DNA of 64,000 nucleotides from an uncultured Anaerolineales bacterium (GCA_964653285.1 CAZZEX010000012.1:5692-69691), one strand, 5' to 3'; numbered from the stretch's first letter, positions 43,470-53,530 are shown. The notes: generated by a model not told the origin, from the letters alone. Program-made: numbers and translations.

Positions 43470-44824
43470 GTGCCTTGTCCAAACATCCCGTCAATACCAA
43501 ACAACCGCACCAGGTGATGTTGTGCCGCTCCGTATTCGGCCGTAAAGTAACTGACTTCCAGTGGCAAGGCAAACAATTTGAACAGTTCCTCATCCGAACG
43601 ACGGCGATTCGTCTGGATAAAGCGGCGCTTCTCCAGCATCTTCCCGTACAGGGCAATCACGTCGTCAGCGGCCACCAGGTAACTCAGTGCCTGGCGGGGG
43701 ACGATTACCTCGGTATCCGACACATGCCGCGCCCGCGTCGGGAATAACATCTGGCGTGGCGAGCGATTGCCCATCCGGCGTTTCAGTTCAGCCCTGATTC
43801 TGTGGTAGAGCGCACCAGCGCCACCCTGGCGCAGCGTGCGCCAGGCCTCGCCTGCGTAGTAGTGGGCGTCGTAGTGGACAGCGGGTGGTCGGATGCCATC
43901 TGGCTCTGGCTCGGCTGGCGCAGGTGAAGGCAGACGTGGTTTCTCAGGGGCCGGACCAGCACGGAACGTCGCGTCGTCAATGCCTGCGCTCAGGTAAGCC
44001 CGCTCAGCCAACAACAGCAGCGCTACTGGCAGCACACGCTGCAAGTGGGCGTCTTCGTAGTTTTTGATCGTCGCCAGCATAGCATTGCGCTCGTACAGCA
44101 CACGTTTCTTCTCGCTAGCGACCTGGCCCCAGTAACCATGGTGCACGTGGTAAGCAATCGAGCGCGGGGCCACTACAATCTTGTAACCCAACACCCACAG
44201 CCGCCAACCCAGGTCGAGGTCTTCGTAGTAAGCGAAAAAGTCTTCGTCAAAACCACCGGCGACGAGGAACTCTGAGCGACGCACCAACATCGCCCCGCCA
44301 CATGGAAACAATACTGGCTCCACCTGGGTGTAACTCTCCACGTCCTCACGCCCCCAGCCGAGTTGGTAGCCAAAGCCATAAAAGTTCATCCCGCTGCCAA
44401 CAAAGTCAATCTTCTTGCCGTCCCGGGTCAGAATCTTGCTGCCAGTGGCAACGATGTGCGGGTCATCCAACAGAGGCCGGACCAGCTCGAGCAGCCAGTG
44501 TACGTCCACACGCATGTCGTTGTTTAGAAATGCTACGACCTCACCCCTGGCTTTCTCTGCGCCAATGTTGTTGCCCTTACTGAAGCCATAGTTGTCATCA
44601 TTACACACGACCGTCACCTGCGGAAAATGCCGGCGCACGAACTCCACAGACCCGTCAGTTGAACCGTTGTCCACAAGCATCAGTTCTAGCCGCTCAGTTG
44701 GGTACACAAGCCTCTGGAGAGAGCGGAAGCACGTCTCCAGGTGCTCTACCCCGTTGTAGTTGAGGACGACCACTGTAGCCGACGGCAGGCGTGCCTCCAA
44801 CGCTTTATCATTCGAACCTGGCAT
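43466..44824 (-). CDS. GT2 glycosyltransferase with long C-terminal extension
   Basis: ATVVVLNYNGVEHLETCFRSL...LMLVDNGSTDGS...NYGFSKGNN...YEDLDLGWR. The start is ATG 44824 (or GTG 44842). ATGA overlap at the 3' end with paralogue B. Confidence 0.85.
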   Translation of the reverse strand: MPGSNDKALEARLPSATVVVLNYNGVEHLETCFRSLQRLVYPTERLELMLVDNGSTDGSVEFVRRHFPQVTVVCNDDNYGFSKGNNIGAEKARGEVVAFLNNDMRVDVHWLLELVRPLLDDPHIVATGSKILTRDGKKIDFVGSGMNFYGFGYQLGWGREDVESYTQVEPVLFPCGGAMLVRRSEFLVAGGFDEDFFAYYEDLDLGWRLWVLGYKIVVAPRSIAYHVHHGYWGQVASEKKRVLYERNAMLATIKNYEDAHLQRVLPVALLLLAERAYLSAGIDDATFRAGPAPEKPRLPSPAPAEPEPDGIRPPAVHYDAHYYAGEAWRTLRQGGAGALYHRIRAELKRRMGNRSPRQMLFPTRARHVSDTEVIVPRQALSYLVAADDVIALYGKMLEKRRFIQTNRRRSDEELFKLFALPLEVSYFTAEYGAAQHHLVRLFGIDGMFGQGT

Positions 44825-44825
44825 T

Positions 44826-47282
44826 TTAATCTTCGTTTCCACGTATCCGGCGCAACCATTTCTGGGTACCAGTCATCAACCGCATCACGCGACCGTTCAT
44901 GATCTCATGGATGAATTGCTCTTTCTCATTAGCCAACGTCTCGAGTTCGCAGGCTCGCCCTTCAAGGTATGCAGAATGTGCGCGAGTTTTCTCCAGTGCG
45001 TCCAGCAGCATGTGCACGTCTCGCTCCAACTGATCGGCGCGAACGGCCTCCCGCAACAGCCTTTCCCAGTTAGATGATGACCAGCGCTGATAGACTTCTA
45101 GTTGCCGGTCGGCCGCGTGGTGTGGGTGGCGACAAAAGCGATCCAACGGCGTCACAGCGCTTTCCCAGGTAAACTGTGCTTTCACACGCGCAAAGGCGTC
45201 CCGGCGCGCCAGACGCGCATCTGGTTCATCCAGCAACGACGACATGGCCTCGCGCAATCCATCCACATCGCCGGGGCGCGCAGTACAGCCTAACCCTTCG
45301 CGCGTCACCAAATCACCCAGCACGTCACCGCTGCCCGCCAGGATAGGCAGGCCAGCCCAGAAATAATCCAGCAATCGCGTGCGAAAGCTAAAGCGTGTCT
45401 CGAGATGCTTATGATGGAAACTCACGCCAATGTCGGCCTCCAGCAAGTAATTCTCGCGATCGGCATACGGGGTCCATTGGTGAAAAATCGCGCTCTGATC
45501 TAACAGGCCCAGTTCACGACTGAGTTGCACGGCTTTCTCTTCCGTTGCGAAGGTAGGCTCACTCTCCCGCCGGCCACTGCAGAACACCAGGCGCGCATTT
45601 GGATGAGACGCGACGACTCCCGCAAACGCACGGATCACCGTGAGCGGATCAAGCCAGTCCCACAATCCGCCCCACCATAAGAGCACTTTGTCGGTAGGGG
45701 CAACTCTGGGATGTACACCCTTAAGCACCTGCTTACGATGAACGGGGGGGCGCGACGGTAGGCCGAACGGCACCACGTCTATCAGTTGGCGCAGCATGCG
45801 ATCCTCGTGATATTCGTGGGGATTGACGCGGTTGAGCGCGGTGAGCATACCCAGCCAGTAGTCACGTTGACGCTCGCTGGCGCAAATGAAGAAGTCGCCA
45901 ATTTTGATCTGCTCGCTCAACACACTCAGGTCTACCAGGTAATCACCCACGTCTGCATCCGACGCCCCCGCGCCACGAATCTCCAGCCCCTCCAGGGTGA
46001 GCGGGCCGTACAGGTCTACGACCAGGTAGTTACGGTACTGGCGCAGAAGTGGGAGCAAGTGTGGGTGGCGCAGTAGCGTGAAGCCTTGCAACAGGACGAC
46101 GGCGTGATCGGCAGCCAGCGCAGCGAACTGTTCGGGTTGGCGGTAGGTTTGCACAGCAAAGCGTTCGTCCGTCATGGCGACCTGGTTGGGCGCGGCCAGC
46201 GTGACGCGGTGCTCCTTGCTCAACGCCGAGGCGATCTCCCAATAACGGACGCTGGGCCCGCTCATCGCCTCACGGATGTCGTCAGGCGCAAGCACCAACA
46301 CGCCGTCTTCACAGCGCGGCAATTCCCCACAGACTGGTACAGGCACAGGTGCAGCCAAGGGCTGGCTCAAAGTGGCTTCCGCTCGTGGCAAACTTTCGGC
46401 CAATACTTGACGTATCTTCCGGAATTCGCTTTCCCGTTCGTTATCGAGGAGCGAAAGGATCGCCTGGCCGAAAGCCAACCCATCGTCACCTGCTACTTCC
46501 TCCGCGGGTTGATAGGCCTCACGCACACGCGCCAGCGGGGCCTCGCAACCGCGCTGTGCGATCACAAAGACATGCCGGTAGCCAGGCGCGCGCAAACTGG
46601 AGGCATAGAAGTTCTCATTAAAGTAGCGATCCACCAGCGTGTGCAAAGGCACCGGGTCAGGCAGCGTGAGTATGAAATGTTTCACCACCATCATGGGGAA
46701 CCAATGGTGGAAATAGCCGTGTGGAAAGTCCACGAAGGCCAGGCCACGCTCGGTCAACTGCTGGCAGACCAGATCACGATGGGGCAAACCGTAGGTGAGA
46801 TGCTCACGGAGTTGCGGCTGCTCAAAACCGAAGTGCCGCTTGACATACTCGAACAAGATTCGCTCTGCCGCAACGGAGCGCTCGTCGTAGAATGGCGCGG
46901 CTAAGATGGTGTAACTGCGCGACACACGCAGTAATTCATCCACGAAGCCCGTACGGCCAGAGGGCGGGATGTGTTCGAGCGTGTCGCAACTAACCACTAC
47001 GTCGAACACCCCTGAGGCAAAAGGTAGCGCCGTCCCGCTAGCCCGTATGTACTTATCCAACCGGCACTCTGTCAGGTCCACGACAGTAATGTCGGCATCG
47101 GCTATGAACAAGGTGGCAGGGAGTATATCTTCGCCAGTATGCGTCTTGAAATACCCGCCCAAGTCAAGTACACGGGGACGCGCTGATTCCAGGTAACTGC
47201 GCAGCAGGCCGATGACCTCGCTGGCCAGCCGGTAGCGTTGGTATTGATCAAATGGCATGTCCAAGGGGTCAAGATGCATCAA
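44826..47282 (-). CDS. 818-aa fusion: N-terminal SAM methyltransferase + GT4-like paralogue C + C-terminal coiled coil
   Basis: The N-terminus has VLDLGG...FDVVVSCDTLEHI. The middle has MSGPSVRYWEI, GDFFICASERQRDYWLGML and ETRFSFRTRLLDYFWAGLP. The last ~90 aa are heptad-like (LLREAVRADQLERDVHMLLDALEKTRAHSAYLEGRACELETLANEKEQFIHEI). Confidence 0.75.
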   Translation of the reverse strand: MMHLDPLDMPFDQYQRYRLASEVIGLLRSYLESARPRVLDLGGYFKTHTGEDILPATLFIADADITVVDLTECRLDKYIRASGTALPFASGVFDVVVSCDTLEHIPPSGRTGFVDELLRVSRSYTILAAPFYDERSVAAERILFEYVKRHFGFEQPQLREHLTYGLPHRDLVCQQLTERGLAFVDFPHGYFHHWFPMMVVKHFILTLPDPVPLHTLVDRYFNENFYASSLRAPGYRHVFVIAQRGCEAPLARVREAYQPAEEVAGDDGLAFGQAILSLLDNERESEFRKIRQVLAESLPRAEATLSQPLAAPVPVPVCGELPRCEDGVLVLAPDDIREAMSGPSVRYWEIASALSKEHRVTLAAPNQVAMTDERFAVQTYRQPEQFAALAADHAVVLLQGFTLLRHPHLLPLLRQYRNYLVVDLYGPLTLEGLEIRGAGASDADVGDYLVDLSVLSEQIKIGDFFICASERQRDYWLGMLTALNRVNPHEYHEDRMLRQLIDVVPFGLPSRPPVHRKQVLKGVHPRVAPTDKVLLWWGGLWDWLDPLTVIRAFAGVVASHPNARLVFCSGRRESEPTFATEEKAVQLSRELGLLDQSAIFHQWTPYADRENYLLEADIGVSFHHKHLETRFSFRTRLLDYFWAGLPILAGSGDVLGDLVTREGLGCTARPGDVDGLREAMSSLLDEPDARLARRDAFARVKAQFTWESAVTPLDRFCRHPHHAADRQLEVYQRWSSSNWERLLREAVRADQLERDVHMLLDALEKTRAHSAYLEGRACELETLANEKEQFIHEIMNGRVMRLMTGTQKWLRRIRGNED

Positions 47283-47323
47283 TCATTCTCCACTGTCGCA
47301 GAGATCTGAGATCATAATCTCTT

Positions 47324-48211
47324 TCATTTCACCTGTCGGCTTGATCCAGTTTGACCCCCATCTTCCCTCTCGCGCAGGTAGGCTGCGAGAGCCTCTGTCC
47401 AGGGCCGCATCTCGTCCAGCCCCAGGCGAGCCAGGGCCGCGTTCTCCAGTACGGAGTAAGCGGGCCGCTGGGCGGCTGCCCCCGACCGGTCAGTGGATTG
47501 GGGTATGAGCCCCGTTTCCAGGCCGGACAGTTTCAGGATTTCGGCAGTGAAGTCGTACCACGAGCAACTCCCGGCATTGGTGATGTGGTAGAGACCATAG
47601 TGTTCTGTCTGGATCAGACGGTGAATCTGATGGGCCAGGTCTAACGTGTAAGTCGGCGACAGCACCTGGTCGTTCACCATGCGGATGGTTTTTCCATCAC
47701 GGGCCTGCTTCAGTCGGCTCTCGACAAAGTTGCCCCCCTTGCCACTGCTGCCAGCCACGCCGTATAGGCCAGAAGTGCGCACAATGAAGTATTTGTCCAG
47801 CAGATAGCGCACAAAATGCTCTCCGGCCAGTTTAGACGCCCCATAGACGTTGATGGGATTGGGCAGGTCTGTCTCCACATACGGCGCGACTTTACGGCCG
47901 TCAAACACGTAATCGGTGCTTATGTGCACCAGAGCCGCTCCGACTTCACGGCAGGCCAGGGCCAGGTTGCGAACGCCGAAGGTATTGACTTGAAAGGACT
48001 TCTCCACGTTGGTCTCGCATTCGTCCACCCGGTGATAAGCGGCAGTGTTGATCACTATCTGGGGCTGATGCCGGGTGATGACCATCCGGGTGCCCCCGGC
48101 GTCGCAGATCTCGATGTCCCGATGGGTCAGCGGCACCAGACCCTCACCGGCCAGCACCCTGACCAGATCGCTGCCCAGTTGGCCGTTGGCTCCGATGAGC
48201 AGAATCCTCAT
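47324..48211 (-). CDS. rfbD: dTDP-4-dehydrorhamnose reductase
   Basis: MRILLIGANGQLGSDL, INTAAYHRVDECE, HISTDYVFDG and VYGASKLAGE are characteristic RmlD motifs. Confidence 0.88.
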   Translation of the reverse strand: MRILLIGANGQLGSDLVRVLAGEGLVPLTHRDIEICDAGGTRMVITRHQPQIVINTAAYHRVDECETNVEKSFQVNTFGVRNLALACREVGAALVHISTDYVFDGRKVAPYVETDLPNPINVYGASKLAGEHFVRYLLDKYFIVRTSGLYGVAGSSGKGGNFVESRLKQARDGKTIRMVNDQVLSPTYTLDLAHQIHRLIQTEHYGLYHITNAGSCSWYDFTAEILKLSGLETGLIPQSTDRSGAAAQRPAYSVLENAALARLGLDEMRPWTEALAAYLREREDGGQTGSSRQVK

Positions 48212-48218
48212 GTTCGTC

Positions 48219-49277
48219 CTAACCTCCTGCTGCTGGTGCGTCGAAGATGGTGCCCGTTACCTTAATAATCCGGTCCGCTTCCTCCAGCAGCCGCATCCAG
48301 CGGATGTTGTAGTACCTGGGGTTGTCGAAGTCGGTGTAGCCATAGGCCCGGATTTTTTCCACCATGTCCTTGACCGACTCCTCGATGGACACCACCGGGC
48401 GGAAGTTAAGTTCACGGCTGATCTTGGTTGCCGACACCCGATAGCTGCGCACGCCCCGATAGCCGTAATCAGCCCGAATATCAATGTCCACCCCAACTTC
48501 GCGCAGGGCCTCGCGCACCCGCAAGGCCAGTTCGGAGATGCGCATGTTGCGGTAGGACACGTTGAAGATCTGTCCCTTGACTATGTCCTCGGGGGCCTGG
48601 ACGCAGGCGATGTAGGCCCGGGCTGCATCTCGCACATCCACCAGGGGCCGCCACATCTCGCCGCCGTAATGAATGGTGATATAGCCCTTGGACAAGGCGT
48701 CCTTGACAAAGGTGTTCACCACCAGGTCATAGCGCATGCGGGGGGAGAAGCCATAGATGGTACCCTTGCGCAGGATGACTGGGCAGAAATTGTCGCCAGT
48801 CATGCCCAAAAGCAGTTTCTCCGCCTCCCGCTTGGAGCTGGAGTAGGCTGCTTTGGGCGCGACCAGGGTCTCCTCGTCTTGTAAGACGTCTTTTTCGTCG
48901 TTACCCACGCCGGCATCATAGATGGAACAGGACGAGGCGAAGATATAGCGGCTGACACCGGCTTCGAGGCACAAATCGGCCAAGGCCTTAGCCGCCAGAG
49001 TGTTCATCTCATAATTGGCCTTGGGATTGTATTCGGCAGTGGGATCGTTGGACAAGCCGCCGATATTGACCACCGCGTCCACATCCTGCAGCACGGCTTT
49101 GTCCAGCACCCGCATATCACTCGCGACTAGCTCCACCCGGTCGCGGATGTCTCGCAAGCCATCTTCCCCATAATACAAGCGGTCCAGAATTCGGACAGCA
49201 TAGCCACGCTCCAGTAACTCTTCGGCCAAGACGGCTCCCACATATCCTGCGCCGCCCACTAAAAGTATTTTGCGCAT
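48219..49277 (-). CDS. NAD-dependent sugar epimerase/dehydratase (extended SDR)
   Basis: ATG 49277. ILLVGGAGYVGAVLAEELLERGYAVRILD Rossmann motif and YSSSKREAE (YxxxK). Confidence 0.82.
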   Translation of the reverse strand: MRKILLVGGAGYVGAVLAEELLERGYAVRILDRLYYGEDGLRDIRDRVELVASDMRVLDKAVLQDVDAVVNIGGLSNDPTAEYNPKANYEMNTLAAKALADLCLEAGVSRYIFASSCSIYDAGVGNDEKDVLQDEETLVAPKAAYSSSKREAEKLLLGMTGDNFCPVILRKGTIYGFSPRMRYDLVVNTFVKDALSKGYITIHYGGEMWRPLVDVRDAARAYIACVQAPEDIVKGQIFNVSYRNMRISELALRVREALREVGVDIDIRADYGYRGVRSYRVSATKISRELNFRPVVSIEESVKDMVEKIRAYGYTDFDNPRYYNIRWMRLLEEADRIIKVTGTIFDAPAAGG

Positions 49278-49279
49278 AT

Positions 49280-49756
49280 CTACCTCCCTTTGACCGTCCA
49301 CACATCCCCAAAAGAATCCGGGGGAATGCGCACCTCGTCAGGATTTTCCTGGTTGTAGACCTCGCTGGCGGTGCTGACCATCAGAGTGTCATCCTCCAGC
49401 GACATCCAGCCGTGGTACACCCCTGGCGGCACGACGATGAGCCGGGACCGGCGGTCGCCGACGACGACCATCATCATCTCTCCGTAGGTGGGGCTATCGG
49501 GCCGGTCGTCCTTGAGCACGAACTTGGCCGTGCCGTGGACGATGCAGAACCAATCCCACAGCACCTCATGCTTGTGGAAGGCCCGCACCGTGCCGCGGAC
49601 CGGATCGCCTACTATGTACACCTGGCGGATATCGTGGGCCACGGAATATGGTAACTGCGGCTCGTTCCCCTGGGGCGTTCTGCGGATGATCTCACACAGG
49701 AATCCCCGATCATCCATGTGGACCGTCAGATCAATTACTTGCACTCCGTCTATCAT
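49280..49756 (-). CDS. RmlC-like cupin (dTDP-4-dehydrorhamnose 3,5-epimerase-related / sugar ketoisomerase-like)
   Basis: 158 aa. DDRGFL.E, RAFHKH and VPPGVYHGW are cupin sugar-epimerase motifs. Confidence 0.7.
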   Translation of the reverse strand: MIDGVQVIDLTVHMDDRGFLCEIIRRTPQGNEPQLPYSVAHDIRQVYIVGDPVRGTVRAFHKHEVLWDWFCIVHGTAKFVLKDDRPDSPTYGEMMMVVVGDRRSRLIVVPPGVYHGWMSLEDDTLMVSTASEVYNQENPDEVRIPPDSFGDVWTVKGR

Positions 49757-49867
49757 TTCAGAGAACTCCTTTCTCTACTCGAGTTTAGACAATGCACCAG
49801 ACGCTCGGCTCACGCCAGCGGCGGCTTGCACTTCGAGATTTGAAAATATCCATGGAAACACAAGATT

Positions 49868-50563
49868 CTACGTTAGTGGCGGCAATGCGTCACCTTCTGC
49901 AAATGCACGGATTGCTCTCTCTACCTCATCTACCGTAGGTTCGAAGGAGTCTGTTCCTTTCACCTCGTAGCGAGGCGCAAACCGATCAGTCGAAAAAGTC
50001 CGCCTGATCGGCGGCGAACTGGCAGACAGGTCAGTCAGCACGGTGATGTAAGAACCAAACTCTTCAGCAACATTGTGTAGATGCCGCAGGCCAAAATCCA
50101 GGCTGATGTTATGCCTTTTCAGATAACAGAGCGTCTCAGGCTTTATCACGTAATGAAATTCGCGCAAAATCCAGCGTTTATGAAAAACATCTGTCCAGAA
50201 ATCAATGTGCCATGCACATATATGCATGTAAAGGTCTTCCGCGAAGAAAAACTTGTGGCCTAAGACAAGTGCCGAGTTAGACCATGCGAAAGGAGTCCAC
50301 AGCTCAAGTTGTGCATTATCCGCGCACACTCGATTGATCTCAAGAAAAACACGGTCTGGATTTGACAGGTGCTCAAGAAAGTGAGATGAGTACACATGCT
50401 CGACGCTACCATCCTCGAAGGGCAAAGGCTGAGTTTCGATGTCAAGGACGTAGTCTACTTGCGGGAATGGTTGGATATCAATGCCAATAGTTCCTTCCCT
50501 TTTGTTTGCACCGCAACCCAAATCAATTCTTAACCCAGATTGTTTTTGCATCACTTTCACCAT
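49868..50563 (-). CDS. class I SAM-dependent methyltransferase (AT-richer gene)
   Basis: RIDLGCGANKREGTIGIDI motif I and FEDGSVEHVYSSHFLEHL. I chose ATG 50563 over TTG 50623. Confidence 0.72.
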   Translation of the reverse strand: MVKVMQKQSGLRIDLGCGANKREGTIGIDIQPFPQVDYVLDIETQPLPFEDGSVEHVYSSHFLEHLSNPDRVFLEINRVCADNAQLELWTPFAWSNSALVLGHKFFFAEDLYMHICAWHIDFWTDVFHKRWILREFHYVIKPETLCYLKRHNISLDFGLRHLHNVAEEFGSYITVLTDLSASSPPIRRTFSTDRFAPRYEVKGTDSFEPTVDEVERAIRAFAEGDALPPLT

Positions 50564-50649
50564 TGAATTTAGATTGAAGGTAGTGGCTTTGACCGCGTTT
50601 TCGAACTTTGGGCTCCGCCTCAACGAAACGCGGGAATTTGTAGTCCAGG

Positions 50650-51885
50650 CTACTCATGGCTCGCTCCATCGGATGCATGTTGCCACCAGGCTGGGATGAG
50701 AACCAAACCCAAGGTCTCTTTGACCGCCCCCGGTTGGACGCGCAGCGTGTAGAGTCGATCATGATGGTCGTAGGGACGCAGGAAATAGCGCTCACACACA
50801 GCCACAGATATCTGATAGGTCCCTCCTAACAATGGGAGGTGTTCAATCTCATAACAAACCTCCCCGTCACCTTCTACGTGATCAATGGGAAAATCAGCCG
50901 TTTGGGTGTTGGGACCGCTGATGAGCAGCCCATCGTTGCGGTGGATACCAATGCCGAACACCGGATGGTCAACGCGTTGATGAGCATGGTATCGCATCTT
51001 GATCGTGACCTTCTCACCCGTAGCAAAAACGTTGCGTTCGCGTCCTCGCGCATCTAGCAACTGTACGTCCACGATCTCTACCTCGCCACTGCCCCACCTT
51101 CGCTCGTCAACGGCAGTGGGGCTCTGTCGTTCCAGTTTAGCACTGTCCGTGTAAGCAATGTGGCGAACATAATCTCGCGTGACTCTGTCTGCGGGGCCCC
51201 ACCCCCTGAGCAGCCCGTGGTCGAGCCAGACGGCCTCGCTGCACAGATTCCGCACGGTCTCCACGCTGTGGGAAACAAGGAGAATCGTGACTCCCCGCCG
51301 TCTCAAGTCAACGATCTTGTCCAGACACTTGGCTTGAAAGGACTGATCCCCCACCGCCAGCACCTCGTCCACCAGCAGAACCTCCGGGTCGGTGTGGACC
51401 GCTACCGAGAACCCCAGCCGCACGTACATCCCCGACGAGTAGTGCTTAACCGGCACGTCTATAAAGCGCTCCAGTTCGGCAAATGAGATGATCTCGTCCA
51501 GTTTCCGCCGGATCTCGGCCCGGCTCAAACCCAAAATCGAACCGTTCAGGTAAATGTTCTCTAGCCCGGTCAGATCGGGGTGGAAGCCTGCCCCCAGTTC
51601 CAGCAGGGCCCCCACCCGTCCGCTGACCTCAATCCGCCCCGAGGTGGGCTCGATGATACGGGAGATGAGCTTGAGCGCCGTGCTCTTGCCTGCACCGTTG
51701 GGCCCGATGATGCCTACTGTTTCTCCCTGCTTCACGGTGAAACTGACGTCCCGCAAAGCCCAGAATTCCTCGCGGGAACTGTGATTGCGTTGGAACAGGC
51801 TGAGGGCCAATTCCTGAAAGGAACGTGCCCGCTCGCGGTGGAGGATGAATTTCTTTGACACACTGTCAAACTGGATGGCCGTCAT
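50650..51885 (-). CDS. polysaccharide-export ABC transporter ATP-binding protein (Wzt/TagH-like) with C-terminal Wzt_C-type glycan-binding domain
   Basis: I chose ATG 51885, which removes the overlap with 51914-53422. Walker A GPNGAGKST, signature YSSGM, Walker B LLVDEVLAVGD. A ~160-aa beta-rich extension follows (VEIVDVQLLD...KVTIKMRY...GTYQISVAV). Confidence 0.86.
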   Translation of the reverse strand: MTAIQFDSVSKKFILHRERARSFQELALSLFQRNHSSREEFWALRDVSFTVKQGETVGIIGPNGAGKSTALKLISRIIEPTSGRIEVSGRVGALLELGAGFHPDLTGLENIYLNGSILGLSRAEIRRKLDEIISFAELERFIDVPVKHYSSGMYVRLGFSVAVHTDPEVLLVDEVLAVGDQSFQAKCLDKIVDLRRRGVTILLVSHSVETVRNLCSEAVWLDHGLLRGWGPADRVTRDYVRHIAYTDSAKLERQSPTAVDERRWGSGEVEIVDVQLLDARGRERNVFATGEKVTIKMRYHAHQRVDHPVFGIGIHRNDGLLISGPNTQTADFPIDHVEGDGEVCYEIEHLPLLGGTYQISVAVCERYFLRPYDHHDRLYTLRVQPGAVKETLGLVLIPAWWQHASDGASHE

Positions 51886-51913
51886 CGTCACCTGACTGCC
51901 TATCTCCACCTCA

Positions 51914-53422
51914 TCATCTCGTACAGGCGACCAGAGGGAGGAAGACTTGTTCCTTCGCCACCAACACCACTCCACCAGCCTCGTTGTTGGCCTCGTTCCC
52001 TTCACTGACCTCATATCCCGGGTCCACCACCACTCGTACCGCGTGAGCACCGGGCGTCACATTTGACAAGATCAGCGTGGCTTCCTTCACCTCAGCGCCG
52101 CCCGCAATTGTATCACTGACAACCTGGTCGGCGCCGATCGGGTACTCTTCGCCATCCAGAAAGCGGATGGTAACCGGCTGGGTGATGGCGACGTTGCCGA
52201 CGTTGGAGACGCGCGCTCTCAGAGCGATGGTGACAGTATCCGTTGGGGAAAGGGGAGGGGGGCCTACCTGCCCCACATCCACGGCGAGGAGGTCTACAGT
52301 GGGTGATATAGCCCCCGTGTAAGCGCCAAAGGCAATACCCAGCAGTGTCGGATTTTGCGTGTATAGGTCAAACAGCGCGCCACCGTAGCCAGTATCGTCC
52401 AGGCTGTACCACAGCCAGCGCTGCACCAGCCGGTTCTCGTCGGCCGGGTAGCCAACGTCTGGATCGGTGGCCGTGAGCAGGAAATCGAAGGTGCCGTACA
52501 TAAAATCCCGCGCCCGTGCCTCGTTGAACACCACCCCCTCATGCTCGTAGACAAACTCATAGTATGGCAGTAGCGTCCCATATTCGGTGATGTATAGAGG
52601 CTTGTCGTGGTACCCGTGCTGGCTCATCCAGCCGCGGAAGGCCAGGATACGCGCTTGAAAGATATCCAGGCGGTCCGAGTCCCACCACTCGTATAGCTCC
52701 CCCTCGTCGGCGGAGATGCCCGGGGGAATATCACAGCCATAGTCATCGCGCTTCTCTCGCAGGATGTAGGTATGGATATTCCAGGCATCCGTCGGCAAGG
52801 GCTCGCCATAGAGTGAGGCATAGGCTTCCAGCACGATGTCCAGATATTGCATACGAATGGGTGTCGGTTGAACGATACCGCCCGCCGACACCCTGGCCGT
52901 GGGATCAAGTGCCTTAATAGCGATGTGGGCATCGTGATAAGCCTGGGCATAATCCTGGGGCAGCACGTTGTCCTGGTGGATGCAATCGGGCTCATTACCG
53001 ATCAACCACAAGGCTCCCGGGTTGGCGGCAACTCGCTCTGCCAGCGTGGTTCCGGAAGGCGAATACCCGCTGCCACTTACGTGCAACAACTGAACGTACT
53101 CGGCTCCTCCCGGTCGCGACGGGCTGGTTTGAGTTTTCCAATCCGCATACCAACCCACGTTGAGAGAAGAGACGTTGTAAGACATCACCGGGTGATACCG
53201 CTCTCCCACCCCGAAGCGAGCGTTGGGATAGTTACTGGCACCACTGAAGGTCTGCAGCGAAGCAGTAGCGCCGGCCGCGCCAGCGTCGTTGCCCAGGAAG
53301 ATAAGGGCCAGCGCCAGGACTCCCAGAGCCAGGAGACCGGCTAAAGCAAGGCGCGTAAGTCCGCTGTGGACCATCAGTGACAGAGTGTCTCTTGCTGACG
53401 AGCGCGGGCTGCACAGTTTCAT
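51914..53422 (-). CDS. secreted glycoside hydrolase catalytic-core (Glyco_hydro_cc-like) protein with C-terminal CARDB domain
   Basis: N-terminal TM/signal. GWYADWK, EYVQLLH, LIGNEPD and AWNIHTY follow the Glyco_hydro_cc pattern. C-terminal VTIALRARVSNVGNVAITQPVTIRF...EGNEANNE is CARDB-like. Confidence 0.6.
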   Translation of the reverse strand: MKLCSPRSSARDTLSLMVHSGLTRLALAGLLALGVLALALIFLGNDAGAAGATASLQTFSGASNYPNARFGVGERYHPVMSYNVSSLNVGWYADWKTQTSPSRPGGAEYVQLLHVSGSGYSPSGTTLAERVAANPGALWLIGNEPDCIHQDNVLPQDYAQAYHDAHIAIKALDPTARVSAGGIVQPTPIRMQYLDIVLEAYASLYGEPLPTDAWNIHTYILREKRDDYGCDIPPGISADEGELYEWWDSDRLDIFQARILAFRGWMSQHGYHDKPLYITEYGTLLPYYEFVYEHEGVVFNEARARDFMYGTFDFLLTATDPDVGYPADENRLVQRWLWYSLDDTGYGGALFDLYTQNPTLLGIAFGAYTGAISPTVDLLAVDVGQVGPPPLSPTDTVTIALRARVSNVGNVAITQPVTIRFLDGEEYPIGADQVVSDTIAGGAEVKEATLILSNVTPGAHAVRVVVDPGYEVSEGNEANNEAGGVVLVAKEQVFLPLVACTR

Positions 53423-53530
53423 TGATAATGCTCCTTACTTCCCTTTATAGTATTACCCGACAACATTTGCGTTGTCCGCGAGAATCATGACCTGCTACTT
53501 GCAAACTTGCAGACTTGCGGCTTTGTCGCG

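Noticed and set aside
50650-52050. Full 466-aa ORF for the Wzt-like ATPase, including a 55-aa N-terminal extension
   Set aside because: The extension (MLTRYEWWWTRDMRSVKG...) overlaps the 3' end of the upstream hydrolase gene by about 135 nt and has no ABC-family counterpart. ATG 51885 gives the standard MTAIQFDSVSKKF start of ABC ATPases.
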